From Callorhinchus milii (lineage: Eukaryota): 64,000 nt of DNA. Location of the stretch: assembly GCF_018977255.1 (NCBI RefSeq), contig NW_024704743.1:33792001-33856000 (forward strand). The letters are read 5' to 3'. Of this stretch, positions 26,465 to 39,588 are shown piece after piece. The translations under genes and the position numbers were made by a program. Numbering within the stretch: position 1 is the stretch's first letter; each line of letters begins with the position of its first letter. The notes below the pieces were generated by a model. The model had not been told where the DNA came from and searched no databases. It saw nothing but the letters and a program-made list of their open reading frames with translations.

Positions 26465-26870
26465 CCCTGTCTGACTCCCACTTCTGACTCAGAATATTGT
26501 GGATTCCAGCCCCACGTCAGTACTTTGAACTCTGTGTACCCCGACACAACAGTGCAGTGCTGGGTCTGCTGCATTGTTGGAAGTGCTGTCATTAAAATGA
26601 GATGTTACACTGAGGCCCCACTTGCCTGTTCAGGTGGACATTAAAGATCCTTTGGCACTCTTCTGGTGTTCTGACCAACAGTCCTCCCAAAATAAAATTT
26701 TCCATTCACTTTGTGGCTGCTTTATGGACAATGTTGTGTGCAAATTAGCTGCTGCATTCACTTACAAAATAAATTCACTTACATTCACTCCACTTTACAG
26801 TATATCCTGTGAAGAACTCTATAATCTTCCAACGTAAAAGGCTCTATATCAAATGTAAGGGTTTCAATTG
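26465..26870 (+). mobile_element. Older DeuSINE/SacSINE-like SINE
   Basis: Shared core gcattgttggaagtgctgtc...gcctgttcaggtggacattaaagatcc. Confidence 0.7.
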
Positions 26871-27193
26871 CATTTTATACAATATAATTTGCAGAGTGAG
26901 AGATCCCTGGGAGCAGGGAAGAAGAGAAAGGGAGAAAACAGATAAGTGAGAGTATATGTACCTCAATAAGATCGATGACGTAACCGGACCCTGTCTGAAT
27001 GCAAGTGGGTATCGTTGCTCTAGAAGCTCAGAGGATTTGAATAACAATACCAGAGCAGTCCTGGCAATTATACCACCGTTATTTCTGTACCATTGGTTGT
27101 TTTGACACCATCAGATGTCACATGACCAGCTATAATTACTGTCTGGGAAATAGGATAAAAAGCACCGTTAAGATCATAATTATATGAGGGTAC

Positions 27194-27840
27194 TTATACA
27201 CCCACTTTTAGGCAAAATCTAGATTAGGAGATGTGGAAACAATTTTTCCACTGAATGATTTCATGGAGAAAAAATACTAAGTACTGAGATCATAGAAATC
27301 TGGAAAAATCAACGCCACCAGCATCACAGGAAAGAGCCAGAGAAAATGAAAATGAAGTGTCAATGAGACTCAGTTTTAAGGACTTAGAAGAATTTTTAAA
27401 ATAAGAAAATAATTCTATGTAAAGATTATGAAAAGTCAGAACAGATCTTGAGTCATGATAGTTGTATCCTGCCTTCTTTTCACTTATTATAAAAAAAATT
27501 AGATATTTGTAAGTCATAATTTAGCCTCTTACCAAGTACAGGATGACCTGTTATAATGCATTTTGCATGAGTCAATTTGTAAAGTTGGTGCATTGTTTTC
27601 CCTCTCTGCCTCCTTTATAATTATTCTCCATTCTTTTCATATACCACTCTACTAGAGCTATGGACAGTGGGAAACGCCTATGTTTTATAAATCCATTATT
27701 CGGCGAAACCTAGATTAGGAGATGTGGAGTTTTTTTTCTCCACTGAATGATTTCATGGTGGAAAAATACTAAGTACTGAGATCAAAGTAAGGAATTCACA
27801 GAGACATAGAAAATTCAACATCATTAGCACTTCAGCAGGA
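27194..27840 (+). repeat. Local direct duplication (~27194-27330 and ~27685-27840)
   Basis: ctagattaggagatgtgga...ccactgaatgatttcatgg..aaaaatactaagtactgagatca occurs twice, ~490 bp apart. Confidence 0.9.
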
Positions 27841-28239
27841 GACTTGCAGAGGGAATAAGACAAATCTTTTCACCTGATGATAAAATATTTAAGAACTTAT
27901 TTTTATAGCACCTTATCACATCTCAAAGCATATGCAGGTAATTATTGTCAAGTCTGTAATTACTTTGTAGTGCAAACAGCAACCATTTTACAGACAGCTC
28001 TTTTCAATTAGTGCCATGGGATCTTAACAATTATCTGAACAACAATAAATTACATTCGTGCAGTGCCTTTCACGTCAGGAGAACATCCCAAGGCGCTGAA
28101 CATGCAGCTGGGCCTCAGTTTAACATCTCAGTCGAAGGACACCACCACCAATAATGCTACACACTCCTCAGTACTGCACTGGAGTGATTACTTGGATTAA
28201 GAACAAAAGTTTGAACCCACAACCTTTTAAGTCCTTCCA

Positions 28240-28490
28240 AACTTGGGCAAGTTTCCTTACTCCACACAGAGCCTAATAATAATCCCTCCAAAACCAAAAA
28301 CAATAATAAATTGGTCATTTTCAATCTACGACTGTTTGTGGGACATTGCTGTGCGCAATTGGCTGCCGCGTTCGCCCACAAATATAAAGTCAATTCACTT
28401 TACAGTGTGATCTGTGAAGCGCTTTGGGACGTCCTCCCGACGTGAAAAGCGCTATATCAAATGCAAGAATTATTATTATTATTATTATTA
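28240..28490 (+). mobile_element. tRNA(Ala)-derived SINE, young subfamily, 5'-truncated
   Basis: Near-identical to 12412-12658, including the diagnostic cacacagagcc variant. Confidence 0.95.
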
Positions 28491-28947
28491 ATTTAGCTAA
28501 ACTGACAACCATTTATTACTCCTTTGGGAATACTGGTCTAGATGAGGATTAAATACAATACACTGAGGGTAATTAACAAATGGAACAGGTTACCAATAAG
28601 GTCGGTTGAGGCTAGAATACTGCATGCATTTAAAATAGCTTGACACCAGGAAGACAGTACAACGGTTATTCTGGAAGGCTGAGATCAAATGGGGTGAAGG
28701 GTCTTCTTCATCTGAATACCTTGTGAATATTTTTGAGAAAGGCCAAATTCCTAAAATGTATTGATGGGATGCAAGGCTGTATCAAAGGGATAAATCTTGA
28801 TCTTTTAGATCTATTAAATATATTGGTCAATTGCTCTACCAATGCTGGGCTATGCCCAGGCTCTCTTGACTTTCTCACTTAACAATGGACAAGCAATTCT
28901 TTTTTTGGAGGTTTTCTAAACCTGTTCAGTCTAAAAAGCACAGTATA

Positions 28948-29267
28948 AATAATAATAATAATCCTTGCATTTGATATAGCGCTTTTCACGTCGGGAGGAC
29001 GTCCCAAAGCGCTTCACAGAACACACTGTAGAGTGAATTGACTGTATATTTGTGGGCAAACGCAGCAGCCAATTGCGCACAGCAATGTCCCACAAACAGT
29101 CGTAGATTGAAAATGACCAAATTTTTTATTATTGTTTTTGGTTTTGGAGGGATTATTATTAGGCGTATGGAGTAAGGAAACTTGCCCAAGGTTTTGCTCT
29201 GCCTGGAATTGAACTCAGGTCTCTCGCTTGCAAAGCGAGTGCTCTAACCACTGAGCTACAGGACTCC
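28948..29267 (-). mobile_element. tRNA(Ala)-derived SINE, young subfamily, full length
   Basis: Reverse complement of the young SINE; intact A/B boxes and CTCGC-TTTGCAA-GCGAG arm. Confidence 0.95.
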
Positions 29268-32044
29268 AAATCAGAGTCGAGCAGCTTGATATGAAAGCAA
29301 ATCAAGCATAGCTACAGAGGCAAAATACAATAATACAATTTACATTTATATCATCCGTTTCACATCAGGATGACTTCTCATAGGACTTCACACAGCTGGC
29401 TGGGGACCTGAGTGGGGGGGTGGGAACTGAAGAGGGTGGGAAAAGATGAACACTTACACAGTGGAAACGGTAAGATCTTAAGGTGGGCTTTAAAAATAGG
29501 GAGGGGGCAGGGCGGAGGGACTTTTATACACAAAATATACAGTCAATCTACTTTACAATATACTCTGTGAAGCACTTTGAAATGTCTCAAAAATGTGATA
29601 AGGCTCTATATCACATGCAAGGATTATTATTATTCTCGAGATGGAGGTTCTGAGACTGGAGACAGAATGGCTGAAAGCTCACCCACCAAAGGTGAGGCAG
29701 ATTGGGCAGGGGACGTGAAACCGTCCAATGTTTGTTGGACCCTGGGTTACAGGAAGTCACAGAGGCAGCAAACATAGGGCAAGGACATGGAGGGATTTGA
29801 ATGCATGGACAAAGCCCTTGAATTCAATTCAGTAGGGGATGGGGAGGATGGGCTGCAGAGTTCTGGATGGGAGGCATTTTGTGTTGGAAGAAACTAGATT
29901 GTCCGACGAGTAGCGTGTTGGGATAATCAAACTTGGATGTTATGAAGGCATGAATAAGGATCCTGACAGCCTTTGCTGATTGCAACAATGATTACAATGT
30001 AAAATCAAACAGTGAACAAATTCAGACTCTACTCAGAAACAGTTCCTTAATAGCTCTTGAGCCATTGGATCATATAAAAATATTTCAAGGACCTTTTTAC
30101 AAGTTATTAAAATGCTAATCGACTTATAACCAGCTATTTAAAAAAGATCATCAAATTAAATATTGGTTATTTGAGCTCTGTACTAGCTTAAAACTCTTCT
30201 CAGCCCTGGCCAATGTGATTAGAATCAAGTAGCGTAAATCAATTTTTCCTGTGCCGAAACACTTTACAAGTAGAAGAAAATTTAATTTGCAGCAATACAA
30301 ACTGCATATAAACAATTGAATCGTTTAGTTACCACAATAATATTTTTAAACTGTGAAATCTCATTAAGCCAAATGACATTTGTAGAAAAGATCCAAGGTT
30401 TACAGGTTATTATAATAGTAATAAGTTTAAAATTTGTTACTGCTGTCACTAAAACAAAATTAAATCATAAATAGTCTAACATGAAATTAGATTTAGAGCG
30501 ATCTAAGGCAGAATGTAGCTCTAAATGACTGGTTATCCAATCAGTAAGAAGCCTAATTATACACTATGAAAACACTTAGTGGAAAATATTTAAATATGTA
30601 TCAAAAAGTAGAATTAATCATGGGTTTCTGTTCATCTACTTGCAAAACATTTAATTAAACGTGGGAAAGATCAAGTCTCCTGAAAGTGCTGTAAACAAGA
30701 GAATGTCAAAAATGTTGTTCAACAAAGAATAAATCTGTTTGCAAACCAATTTATCATTTGCAGATGACAGAACACTGCTTGATCATTTGAATTTTTAGTT
30801 CCAATACTTTTACTAATTTTCATGTATGCTCTTATCATTAGCTGTTACTATCGCTTGATGGTGACTTTTACTTGGGAATGGGGAAAGAGAGTAAGGGGTA
30901 GGTAGGGTCTCCTTGGGGCTCAACCGGCTCCAAAGAATATCAGAAAAGAGTTTATCCCATGTGTTGGTCTCAGTAGTCCTAAGCCAGGTGGTACAAGACA
31001 CAGTACTCCAAGGCACTCTTTATGACAGACAAGTCAACCTGGCTCATCAGCAGTTGGTAGAGCAGATACTCTTCTCTCTTGGCTCTCATTAATCCTGCCA
31101 GCCCAGCAGGAAGGTTGCCCCATCTAGCACCCAATGCTGCTGAAACACTCTTCACTACACCATTAAAACAATTCTTTAATTGTACTGATGGTTACAATTA
31201 ACCCCACCTTTACGAAATTCAGGCCCAAGTTCCAGTTTGCCTTGAAGAGTGTAGAGCCATTTCCTGTAATTTTTCTAGCCTTACTATAAACAAATAAGCT
31301 AGTTGAAAAGTAGTCTGGTTATGCACTGTGATGGTGTTATGAAGTGTTACTATAAGAATAATGCAGCTACATAAATGCAAGTTGTTGTTGGTTCAACCCT
31401 TTTCTTTTCACAAAGGAATAAGCCAAGCTAGGAAACACAAAGTGGAAAGAGGTGGAGGGGGTTATCACCCCTCATCGTTGACCTCCTAAGCTATTCTTAT
31501 ATCAGTTAATTTGGCTCAAAATTTAGTATTAAAGTGGAAGAGCTATTTTTGCAGGAAGTTTGCTGAGAAGATGGAATGCTGTACATGGAAAATGTAAAAC
31601 ATCTTTGTGTAAATGGCATGATAACTTCAGAGATATAAATGTGGAAAAATGTCAGCAGTTTACTTCTGATTTCCCTTTTCACAATTATGCTAACTGAGGA
31701 AAGGGATGGGCCTGAATATTGGGCAACTTTCCTCCTAGTCCTTCTCCCCAAGCTGCTACCATTTATTTGAGCAGCTGAGAGAGGTAAAATAATATTCTAA
31801 TGCATCTGCACATTTGATGTATTTGTGTTACTTATGAGATGGTATAAGTTTATTACATGTCCATAGGTTTATTACATGTATAGACCATGCCCCATTTCTC
31901 TATTGTTAAACTTTTGTTCAGGAAAAGGAGGCAAAAGTTTTCGGAGGCAGTGACTAAACTGACTTCAAAAAGGATTTTGGATAATGCATTACCCGGAAAT
32001 TTGCTTGAGTGAAGTTGTCTGGACACGACTCTTATAAACTCATA

Positions 32045-32440
32045 CTGCAGTAAAACTTACATAAGTCATATCAGTCGGTACTATAACATTTAATATGATT
32101 TACGTGAAGTCCAAGTTGCAGGCAAACTGCATAAGTCGTATAAAATCTGATTTAATCAGTAATCTACACTGCACACGTTTAGTTCACTGCAGCCACGATG
32201 ACAGGTTAAGACTACATTTCCCATGATTCAATGTGTCTTGACCCATCCCTGCATTAGCACTTACGGGAAAGAGTTGGAATCAACAACAACAACAACAACA
32301 AGATTCCATTTATAGAGCGCCTTTCATGTCAGGAGGACGTCCATTGAATCACAGGAAATGAAGTTTTCCTGTGCATGCCTCCTATAATTCAATGCAGCCG
32401 ATAAGTGCGGGAGTAATGGAGGATAAGGAAATAGTATTAC
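32045..32440 (+). repeat. Unclassified interspersed repeat, copy 1
   Basis: Homologous to 55985-56380 (tatcagt.gg.ac.ataacattt, aagtccaagttgca, atgacaggttaagactaca, ttcaatgcagcc); interrupted by a short L2 tail at ~32281-32342. Confidence 0.75.
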
Positions 32441-35400
32441 TAGTTAGGAGATGATTAATACAAGTAATGCAAAGAAATTTAAGTTTTAGTGTATGAAAGG
32501 AATCGTTGAGGCCTTACTGGGTTCATAGGTTGTCTGCTCATTTTTTCCAGACAGGGAACTTTGGATAGCCTGGGGACAGAAATGAACTGGGGGAAAATAA
32601 CTTGCACAGTAGGGCAAGGTGAAAATAAGATTAATTTAACAAGTTACTCTCACATCAGTGAATTTTACAAATGAACTGCATCCACACCAATTGTTTCAAC
32701 ATTCTGGCTGAACTGTATGTTCAGGTGAACCTCATTCCTTGAATTGCACACACCTGTGAAATGTTAGACAGAACCAGAGGATACTAGCACATCAAATAAG
32801 ATGGTTCTTACTGGAGGCACTTTATTAAAACTCAAATATACACCTGAGAGGTGAACCATGTTGTCGCAGGCATACACCTGAGCATGACTAACTGGAAGGC
32901 AAAGTTCTTTCAACCATTTTCCAGATATCATGGAGCCACTGTTACTGATTGCTCTGATGCTGAGCATTCTCTCTACAAAAGTGGCTGGACAGCTTTCAAT
33001 TAAAAAAATGTCACTTATTTACTCGGTCTAAGGCCATTATGAAAATTAAATAGGAGTATGGTAATGCAGGTAAATAAAAAGCTGTTATCCAATTATCTTT
33101 TATACAAAATATACACAAAATCATAGATTGTTACAGCACAGAAACTGGCTATTGGGTCTATCAAGTTTGCACCATTTTTTCTCAGGGACCTAGAATATTC
33201 CTTATCAAAAGGATATTCATGAATCATTCTACACATTAATTACCTCCACAAATATAAAAGCTAACTGTGCTAACCATAACAGCACCATCCACAGGCGTGA
33301 ACAAACCCCTTACAGATCTCCTGGGTTATTTATGATGGTTTTAATGGTGTGGTTGAAGACGCTAGAAATGCTGCACTAAAATGGAGATACAACTGCATTT
33401 CAAGATATTTTTACATCATCTTTCCACTTCGGGAGGGCACTTTCAGCAAAATAGTTGCATTTGATATAGCACCTTATCACATTGTCGAACTGTCTCAAGG
33501 TCCTTCAGAGGATATGTTATAAAGTGTATTTTGTATTTTGTAGGTGAATGCGGCAGTTAATTTTCACACAGGATGATAGGGAAAATTGTATGGAATTGCA
33601 TGGTCTAGAGATGGTACAGATGCAAGGACTATTACTTTTAAATGGGAGGAACTGACTGTTAGACATCTTGCACACTCATTTTATTATTGTTTTGGTGGGA
33701 GGAAATTAAGGAAAAAATAAAATATGGTGTAGAATCTCCAGGCACTAACTATTGTGGTGTATACTGTTCTTTAAAAAATAACCTCAGGAACTGATTTCTT
33801 GACTGGAAACATTTTCATTTAGTACACTAAAAAACTAATCACATTAAATCTTATAACCACATTAAAATGTAAACATTATGTGCAAACAAGATACATTCTT
33901 ACAAGTAAACAAAGCTGCAACTGCAGCAGAACCACAAGTGTGGTGCTAGAACTGCCAGATATGCACTCTTGGAAGGATTTGAATTTTATAGGCAGTAAGG
34001 AGCTAACTGTGGAGGAGAGATAATTGGCACGAAAGAGTAAACCAGTTAAGCTTCATGGAAGCAGCTTTAGCAATGGAAAAGATGCGACACATCCACTTCA
34101 TATCAGAGGATATGTAAACCCAAGAATATAAAATATGAAGGACTACGATAAAAATTGGTAAATAGAGTAAACATGCAGATGGAAACTGGTAAGTATCAAA
34201 TAACTGGGATATCCAGCATGTTCAAAGGTAAGTTGTTAGCAGGGGGTGGTTGCTGAATGGAGATGTTTGCTTGAACAGGTTTGATGTATTTATGGACCTA
34301 CAATAACTCAACATAAGCATAGCTGATGTATGCTTTGGATCATACAATGAAACAATCTGAAGCCAGTGTCTGGTCTAATTAATGTTACCAAATGCACAAA
34401 TTTCATTACTGTGCCTATGGCCTCAACTCTTCATAGTGAACGAGTTTACCCACAGGGAAATAAACTAAACATGAGAATGGATACCATTCCTTTAAACTCC
34501 CATGGTAAGTAACTTGGCCATTTTTCTTAAAAGCAGCAGCATTGTGCCACATAATATTACTGTACTCTGCATACAGTAATTTGAAATATGGCCTTCTAAG
34601 CAACTATATTCACAGTTCAGCTTTTAAAGCTAGATTTGAGGCTAAATGAAATTACAGCTGGTCCCATGTTTGCATTTTCTTAAGATTACTACAATATAAC
34701 TGAGATGCTGCATTCTTTTTCCCATTATATTTCAAATTTAAAAAATGCAGTTTGCTTCATAAGGCTGGGACGAGGCCCGCAGAATTATATGAACTACTCA
34801 GTTTGTCTGGAGTTGGGTAATCTCAGACACGGCTGCAGGTGGGGCTACAACTGGCTTTAGTATTACTTTGAGTAAACAGGGGACAAACAGCCAAGGTTCT
34901 TGTTCCTGATTGTTATCCATTTGCCCTTCTGAAAAATGTGTGCATATGGATGTTGGGTGATAAGATCCAGCTGAGCTGTGATGCACTCCACAATTGAATA
35001 AGAATAATAATCCTTGCATTTGATATAGCTCTTTTTATATCTTCTAGACATCTCAAAGCACTTCACAGAAAATACTATAAAGTGAATTGACTGTATATTT
35101 GTGGGCATAATGCATAATGTCAACTGTGTAATGCACTGTCTTGGCAAATGCATGATAGTCACTTTGGTTGGATACCTTGATGGCTGTTTTGATGAAACTG
35201 CACCCCAGCAAGAGTCAGCCCCTTCGGAGTACACAGGGAAGAAAATGGCAAAGAAAAAGAAAAATATACTTTCAGATTTCTGAAATTGGTGACAAAACCC
35301 TGCCACTGGTTAATCTTGCCCAGGGTAATCAAAACCCTGGGTAATCCTGCCACTGTATAAATCATTGGTGAGACCATACTGAGAGTACTGTGAACAGTTC

Positions 35401-35873
35401 TGGTCACAAAAAGAATATTGGAGAAATCGAGAAGCTACAGAGGAGGGCAACCAAAATGGTTGAGGGAATGGAAGGACTGGAGTATGAGGAACGACTAAGT
35501 AAATTGGGCACGTTCACGCCGGAAAAGAGAAGATTGAGAGGCGACATGATTGCTGTCTTTAAGATTCTAAAGGGGCTCGACAATATAGATCATGACAGGC
35601 TGTTTCAACTTGTCCAGAATAGCAAAACCAGAGGACACAGCCTGTGATTGAAAGGGGGTAAATGCAGAACAAATCTACGCAAACACTATTTCAGTGAAAG
35701 AATAGTGAACCTGTGGAACAGGCTGCCTAGGGAGACAGTTGAAGCAGGAAGTGTTGATTCTTTCAAACACAGATCAGATTGTTTTCTTTTCGGGAATAAC
35801 ATTATGGGATACAGTACATAGGTAATTTGGGATATATGTCCAGGTGACCGCTAGGAAGGCAAACTAGATGAAC

Positions 35874-35982
35874 TGTGGCAGTTCTGATGAAGGGCCGAAG
35901 AACCGAAACGTTGACTCACTTTCCTTTCTCAATAGATGCTGCCTGACCTGCTGAGTGTTCCCAGCGACTTCTGTTTTTGTTT
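35874..35982 (+). mobile_element. 109-bp Penelope-type mini-insert nested in the CR1 3' UTR
   Basis: Homologous to the 3' end of the Penelope at 47256-47968; flanked by TAGATGAAC direct repeats (35865-35873, 35983-35991). Confidence 0.8.
35880..35916 (+). ncRNA. Minimal type-I hammerhead ribozyme motif (Penelope-associated)
   Basis: AGTT-CTGATGA-A-GG(gccgaagaa)CC-GAAA-CG-TT-GACT: core boxes, stem I AGUU/GACU, palindromic AACGTT stem III. Confidence 0.7.
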
Positions 35983-36903
35983 TAGATGAACCATGGTCTT
36001 TTTTCGTCTAGCATTTCTTATGTAAAAACCAACGGTGACCATTTGAAAATGAAGCTACATGCTTGGGATATAATATTTTGATCTCTTTGGGAATATTAAT
36101 CATATCAGGCTGTCTGTGGGAATCGCCTACAAAAACACAGTCACAAATTACACTGGTTGTTAGTTGATCAGCGGATCACTTTTCCAGGGTAATAATCCCT
36201 TTAAAAAAATACTAATTTGGTCACTCAATCCATAACAGTTTGTGGGACACAGCGGTGCACAATTGTCTGCCTCATTTAGCCCATAAAATTCACAGTCACT
36301 ACACTTTACAGTATATCATGTAAAGCACTTTGAGACATCTCAAAGACTTGTAAGGCGCTATATTAAATGCAAGGATTATTATTATTATCAGGCTTTTCCA
36401 TGAGTAATGGAGTTCTGTAAAGATTGAATACTTAAACATTTTTCCATAACCTAATCTTTCCGCATTGAATTGTGGGGGTGAGGGAAAAAAGAGAGAAGTG
36501 AGGATGTCAGAAGTTTTACCCAAAGTCATTCTGGATATAAACATATTTGCTACCATCCCTGTCATAAACTACTGGGAATTGAATTGCAAACCTTTCCACT
36601 GCAGAACCACCACATTAGATTGTCAAAATATTCATACAAATGAACACATTCACTTGCCAAATTTTTAAAATTGCAAATGAAGAATAAAATAAAATTGATT
36701 AATGCAGTCAGTCTAAAATCCAGTGAATAGGCTGCACCTTTATGCATCACCTAGGATTTATACCTGTGTATGAGTACGATGTTACTAAATTATCAACCAA
36801 TTAGCATTGAAGTTGTTTTTATGCCATAGGTTTTTTTTAGCTGGAAAAAAAGGCAACTGGAAAGCCAGTTGCTTTTTTCCATCTTGAACTCAATCTACCA
36901 AAT

Positions 36904-37224
36904 GGAGTCCTGTAGCTCAGTGGTTAGAGCACTCGCCTTGCATGAAAGACACCTGGGTTCAATTCCAGGCAGGGCGAAACTTTGGGCACTTTTCCCTACT
37001 CCACATGCCTAATAATAATCCCTCCAAAAAACAAAAACAATAATAAATTGGTCATTTTCAATCCACGACTGTTTGTGGGACACTGCTGTGCGCAATTGGC
37101 TGCCGCGATTCGCCCACAAATATACAGTCAATTCACTTTGCAGCATATTCTGTGAAGCGCTTTGAGACGTCTAGAAGACGTGACAAGCGCTATATCAAAT
37201 GCAAGGATTATTATTATTATTATT
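36904..37224 (+). mobile_element. tRNA(Ala)-derived SINE, full length
   Basis: Same head, body and (TTA)n tail; gagacgtctagaagacgtga tail variant. Confidence 0.93.
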
Positions 37225-39588
37225 AAAAGACACAACCATATGGCACAAATTTCTGTACATGTGCATAGTTGGTGCCATTTTCATAAAAAGGAAGACTTTT
37301 TTCGCATTTGGACATCCAAATGGGAGCAAAATACCACACGCGCTCATACCAACACATCAACATGTCCACATAGGACACTGAGCTTTGAATGAAATGTCAA
37401 TCACAGTAAACCACTGTAAGCTATTTTATAAATATTCTTTGATCACAGGTAGAAAATATTTCTGTATATTAATTCATATCTGCAGAATAAAACAATATAA
37501 CATCTGGTAAAACTGTTAATGAAAGTTACATAACCATATTTTATCAGAATATCTCAAGATGTTACTGAGAGAAATATTAAGACCTCACTAGAAATCAGAA
37601 ACAGCCATAGGTTATTTGGGCCTTGGGACATCCTCCTGACATGAAAAATGCTATACAAATGTAATTTGTTGTTGTTGTAACATTGTAGCCTTATAATCAA
37701 GTAAGGTCAAGTAGCAAATTTCATGTGCTGTTTAAAATAAATATTTTCTATCTCATTATTGAACTTTAGCTCTTCCTCCATGAGATCTGACAGGATGCAT
37801 TTAGGACCCATTGAACAAGTAATTCAGTGCATTCTTTCCAATGTGACGTGCCAAATTTAATTGAAATTTGAAGCAAGTCTCATGCCAGTTTCATTGCTTT
37901 ATAAGTATGAACAGAAAGTTCCATGATTGATGTTGTGCTTTAAAAGACATTTTGTTTGTTACAATATTATTCAGTTCATAATGCACAAAACATATGGGAA
38001 AATAGGAGCTAAAATTAATGTCGTGTAACATACAGGGTAGTTATCGTGCAGACTATGCTATAAGGGGAGTTCCAAATCTCTACCATCCTTTTATGCTGAA
38101 GACCTAAAACTAGGCTAAGTGCTTTGTTACAGAAAGCTAGCGGGAAAGGGATACAAACAATAGGTTGCACTCACATGTTAAACCACTGCATAGAGTATCA
38201 CAGGCAGAGACCGAAAGTAGAACTACATGCACTCAAGGTAAAAAAAAAGTAGGATGAAAAAAAACTGAAGAAAAAATGTTAATCAAAATTTTTTTATTAG
38301 TTGGAAAAATATAGGTTAAAATGAAAAGGGATGATTTTTAATGTTAAAGCAAATTATGTTCTTTTAAGGGTGGAATGCTTATTTAATGGAACATTAGGCA
38401 CACGCATTTCAATTTTTAAATGGTTCTGAAAAACAGTTTTACACATCGTTTCCAGTGTACTACAGGCAAATAAAGAACTTTTTTGGTACCTCAAATACTG
38501 TAAACGACTTTTAAAATTAATTTATAAACAAATACATTTCCATCAGTTTAAAAATAGATTTATAAATAATGTCTTACTCTCTTAGATTATTATCCAAGGC
38601 AATGAAAAGTGTGTGTTTGCGTGTGCACGGGTTAAGAAATGACCCAAATCTTGACCCAAATCTAAGTCATATAGTAGCTGTCTTGTAATAAAACACTTGA
38701 AAGTACTTTGAAATTATATAATTTATCACTTAAAATTCTTATTGTAACAATAAGGTGGAAATAAATCAAACTACAAGAAAGAGTGTTTTCTTTGAAAAGA
38801 GTGGCTTGTCATAGTGTTCAATCCCAATTTGTTGTAAATTGGCAAAGTAAAACAAATTCACTTTCCCGAAACAAAGAATGGAAGCTTTCAGATTTTAAAG
38901 CCACATCTGTTACAACACAGTCCCCTCATCCACAATTAAACATTTCCAAAACCCCAAAGTATTGAACACCCAAGTCTCTAAAGAACCGACTCAGCAGTCG
39001 AGTTTACGCCACACAATACACTCTGGATTGCAAAAAAAAATCTTCTGGCACTGAATGGAAAAGTCAGTTCCCAGTACTTGTCACTTTTCCAATACTCAGC
39101 TGTGATTATGCAGGCTCTTTATATACAGCAAGGATTCTAAATATTCAGAGCTGAAACAACCCAACCAAAAAATAAAATCAGTCTTTAGCAAATTTAACGC
39201 TGCCACCCTCAGATTTAATAAAAACACAATGAGATATTTTCTAATTGGTATTCTAACACAAAACTATGCACACAAACGATTATTTAAGGTTCAGAGCAGA
39301 TCCAATCAAATCAGCTTCATTAAATAGCCTTATATCTTATATTCAGCGTTACTTTGACATTGGTATTAAAGGATTATAAATAAGAACTGTAAAAATTACA
39401 CACAATAACATTTTGAGTTTCATATTTCTTTGATTTAAGTATACAGTGGCTTAGCTACACAAATCAATATGAATTTAATCTCCAATATTGCCCACAGTTC
39501 AAGTGACACCAATACCACTTGGCAACCCTAAATTGACCAACAGCCGCAATACAATTTGGCAAAAACAAAGAATAGTAGATTAACCTAC

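Larger units (their letters stand above)
35290..36022 (+). mobile_element. CR1 LINE ORF2 C-terminus and 3' end
   Basis: EKLQRRATKMVEGMEGLEYEERLSKLGTFTPEKRRLRGDMIAVFKILKG...TRGHSL is the classic CR1 RT C-terminus. Confidence 0.95.

Noticed and set aside
29195..29267. tRNA-Ala(TGC) genes at SINE heads
   Set aside because: Acceptor stem does not pair and each head continues into SINE body and tail
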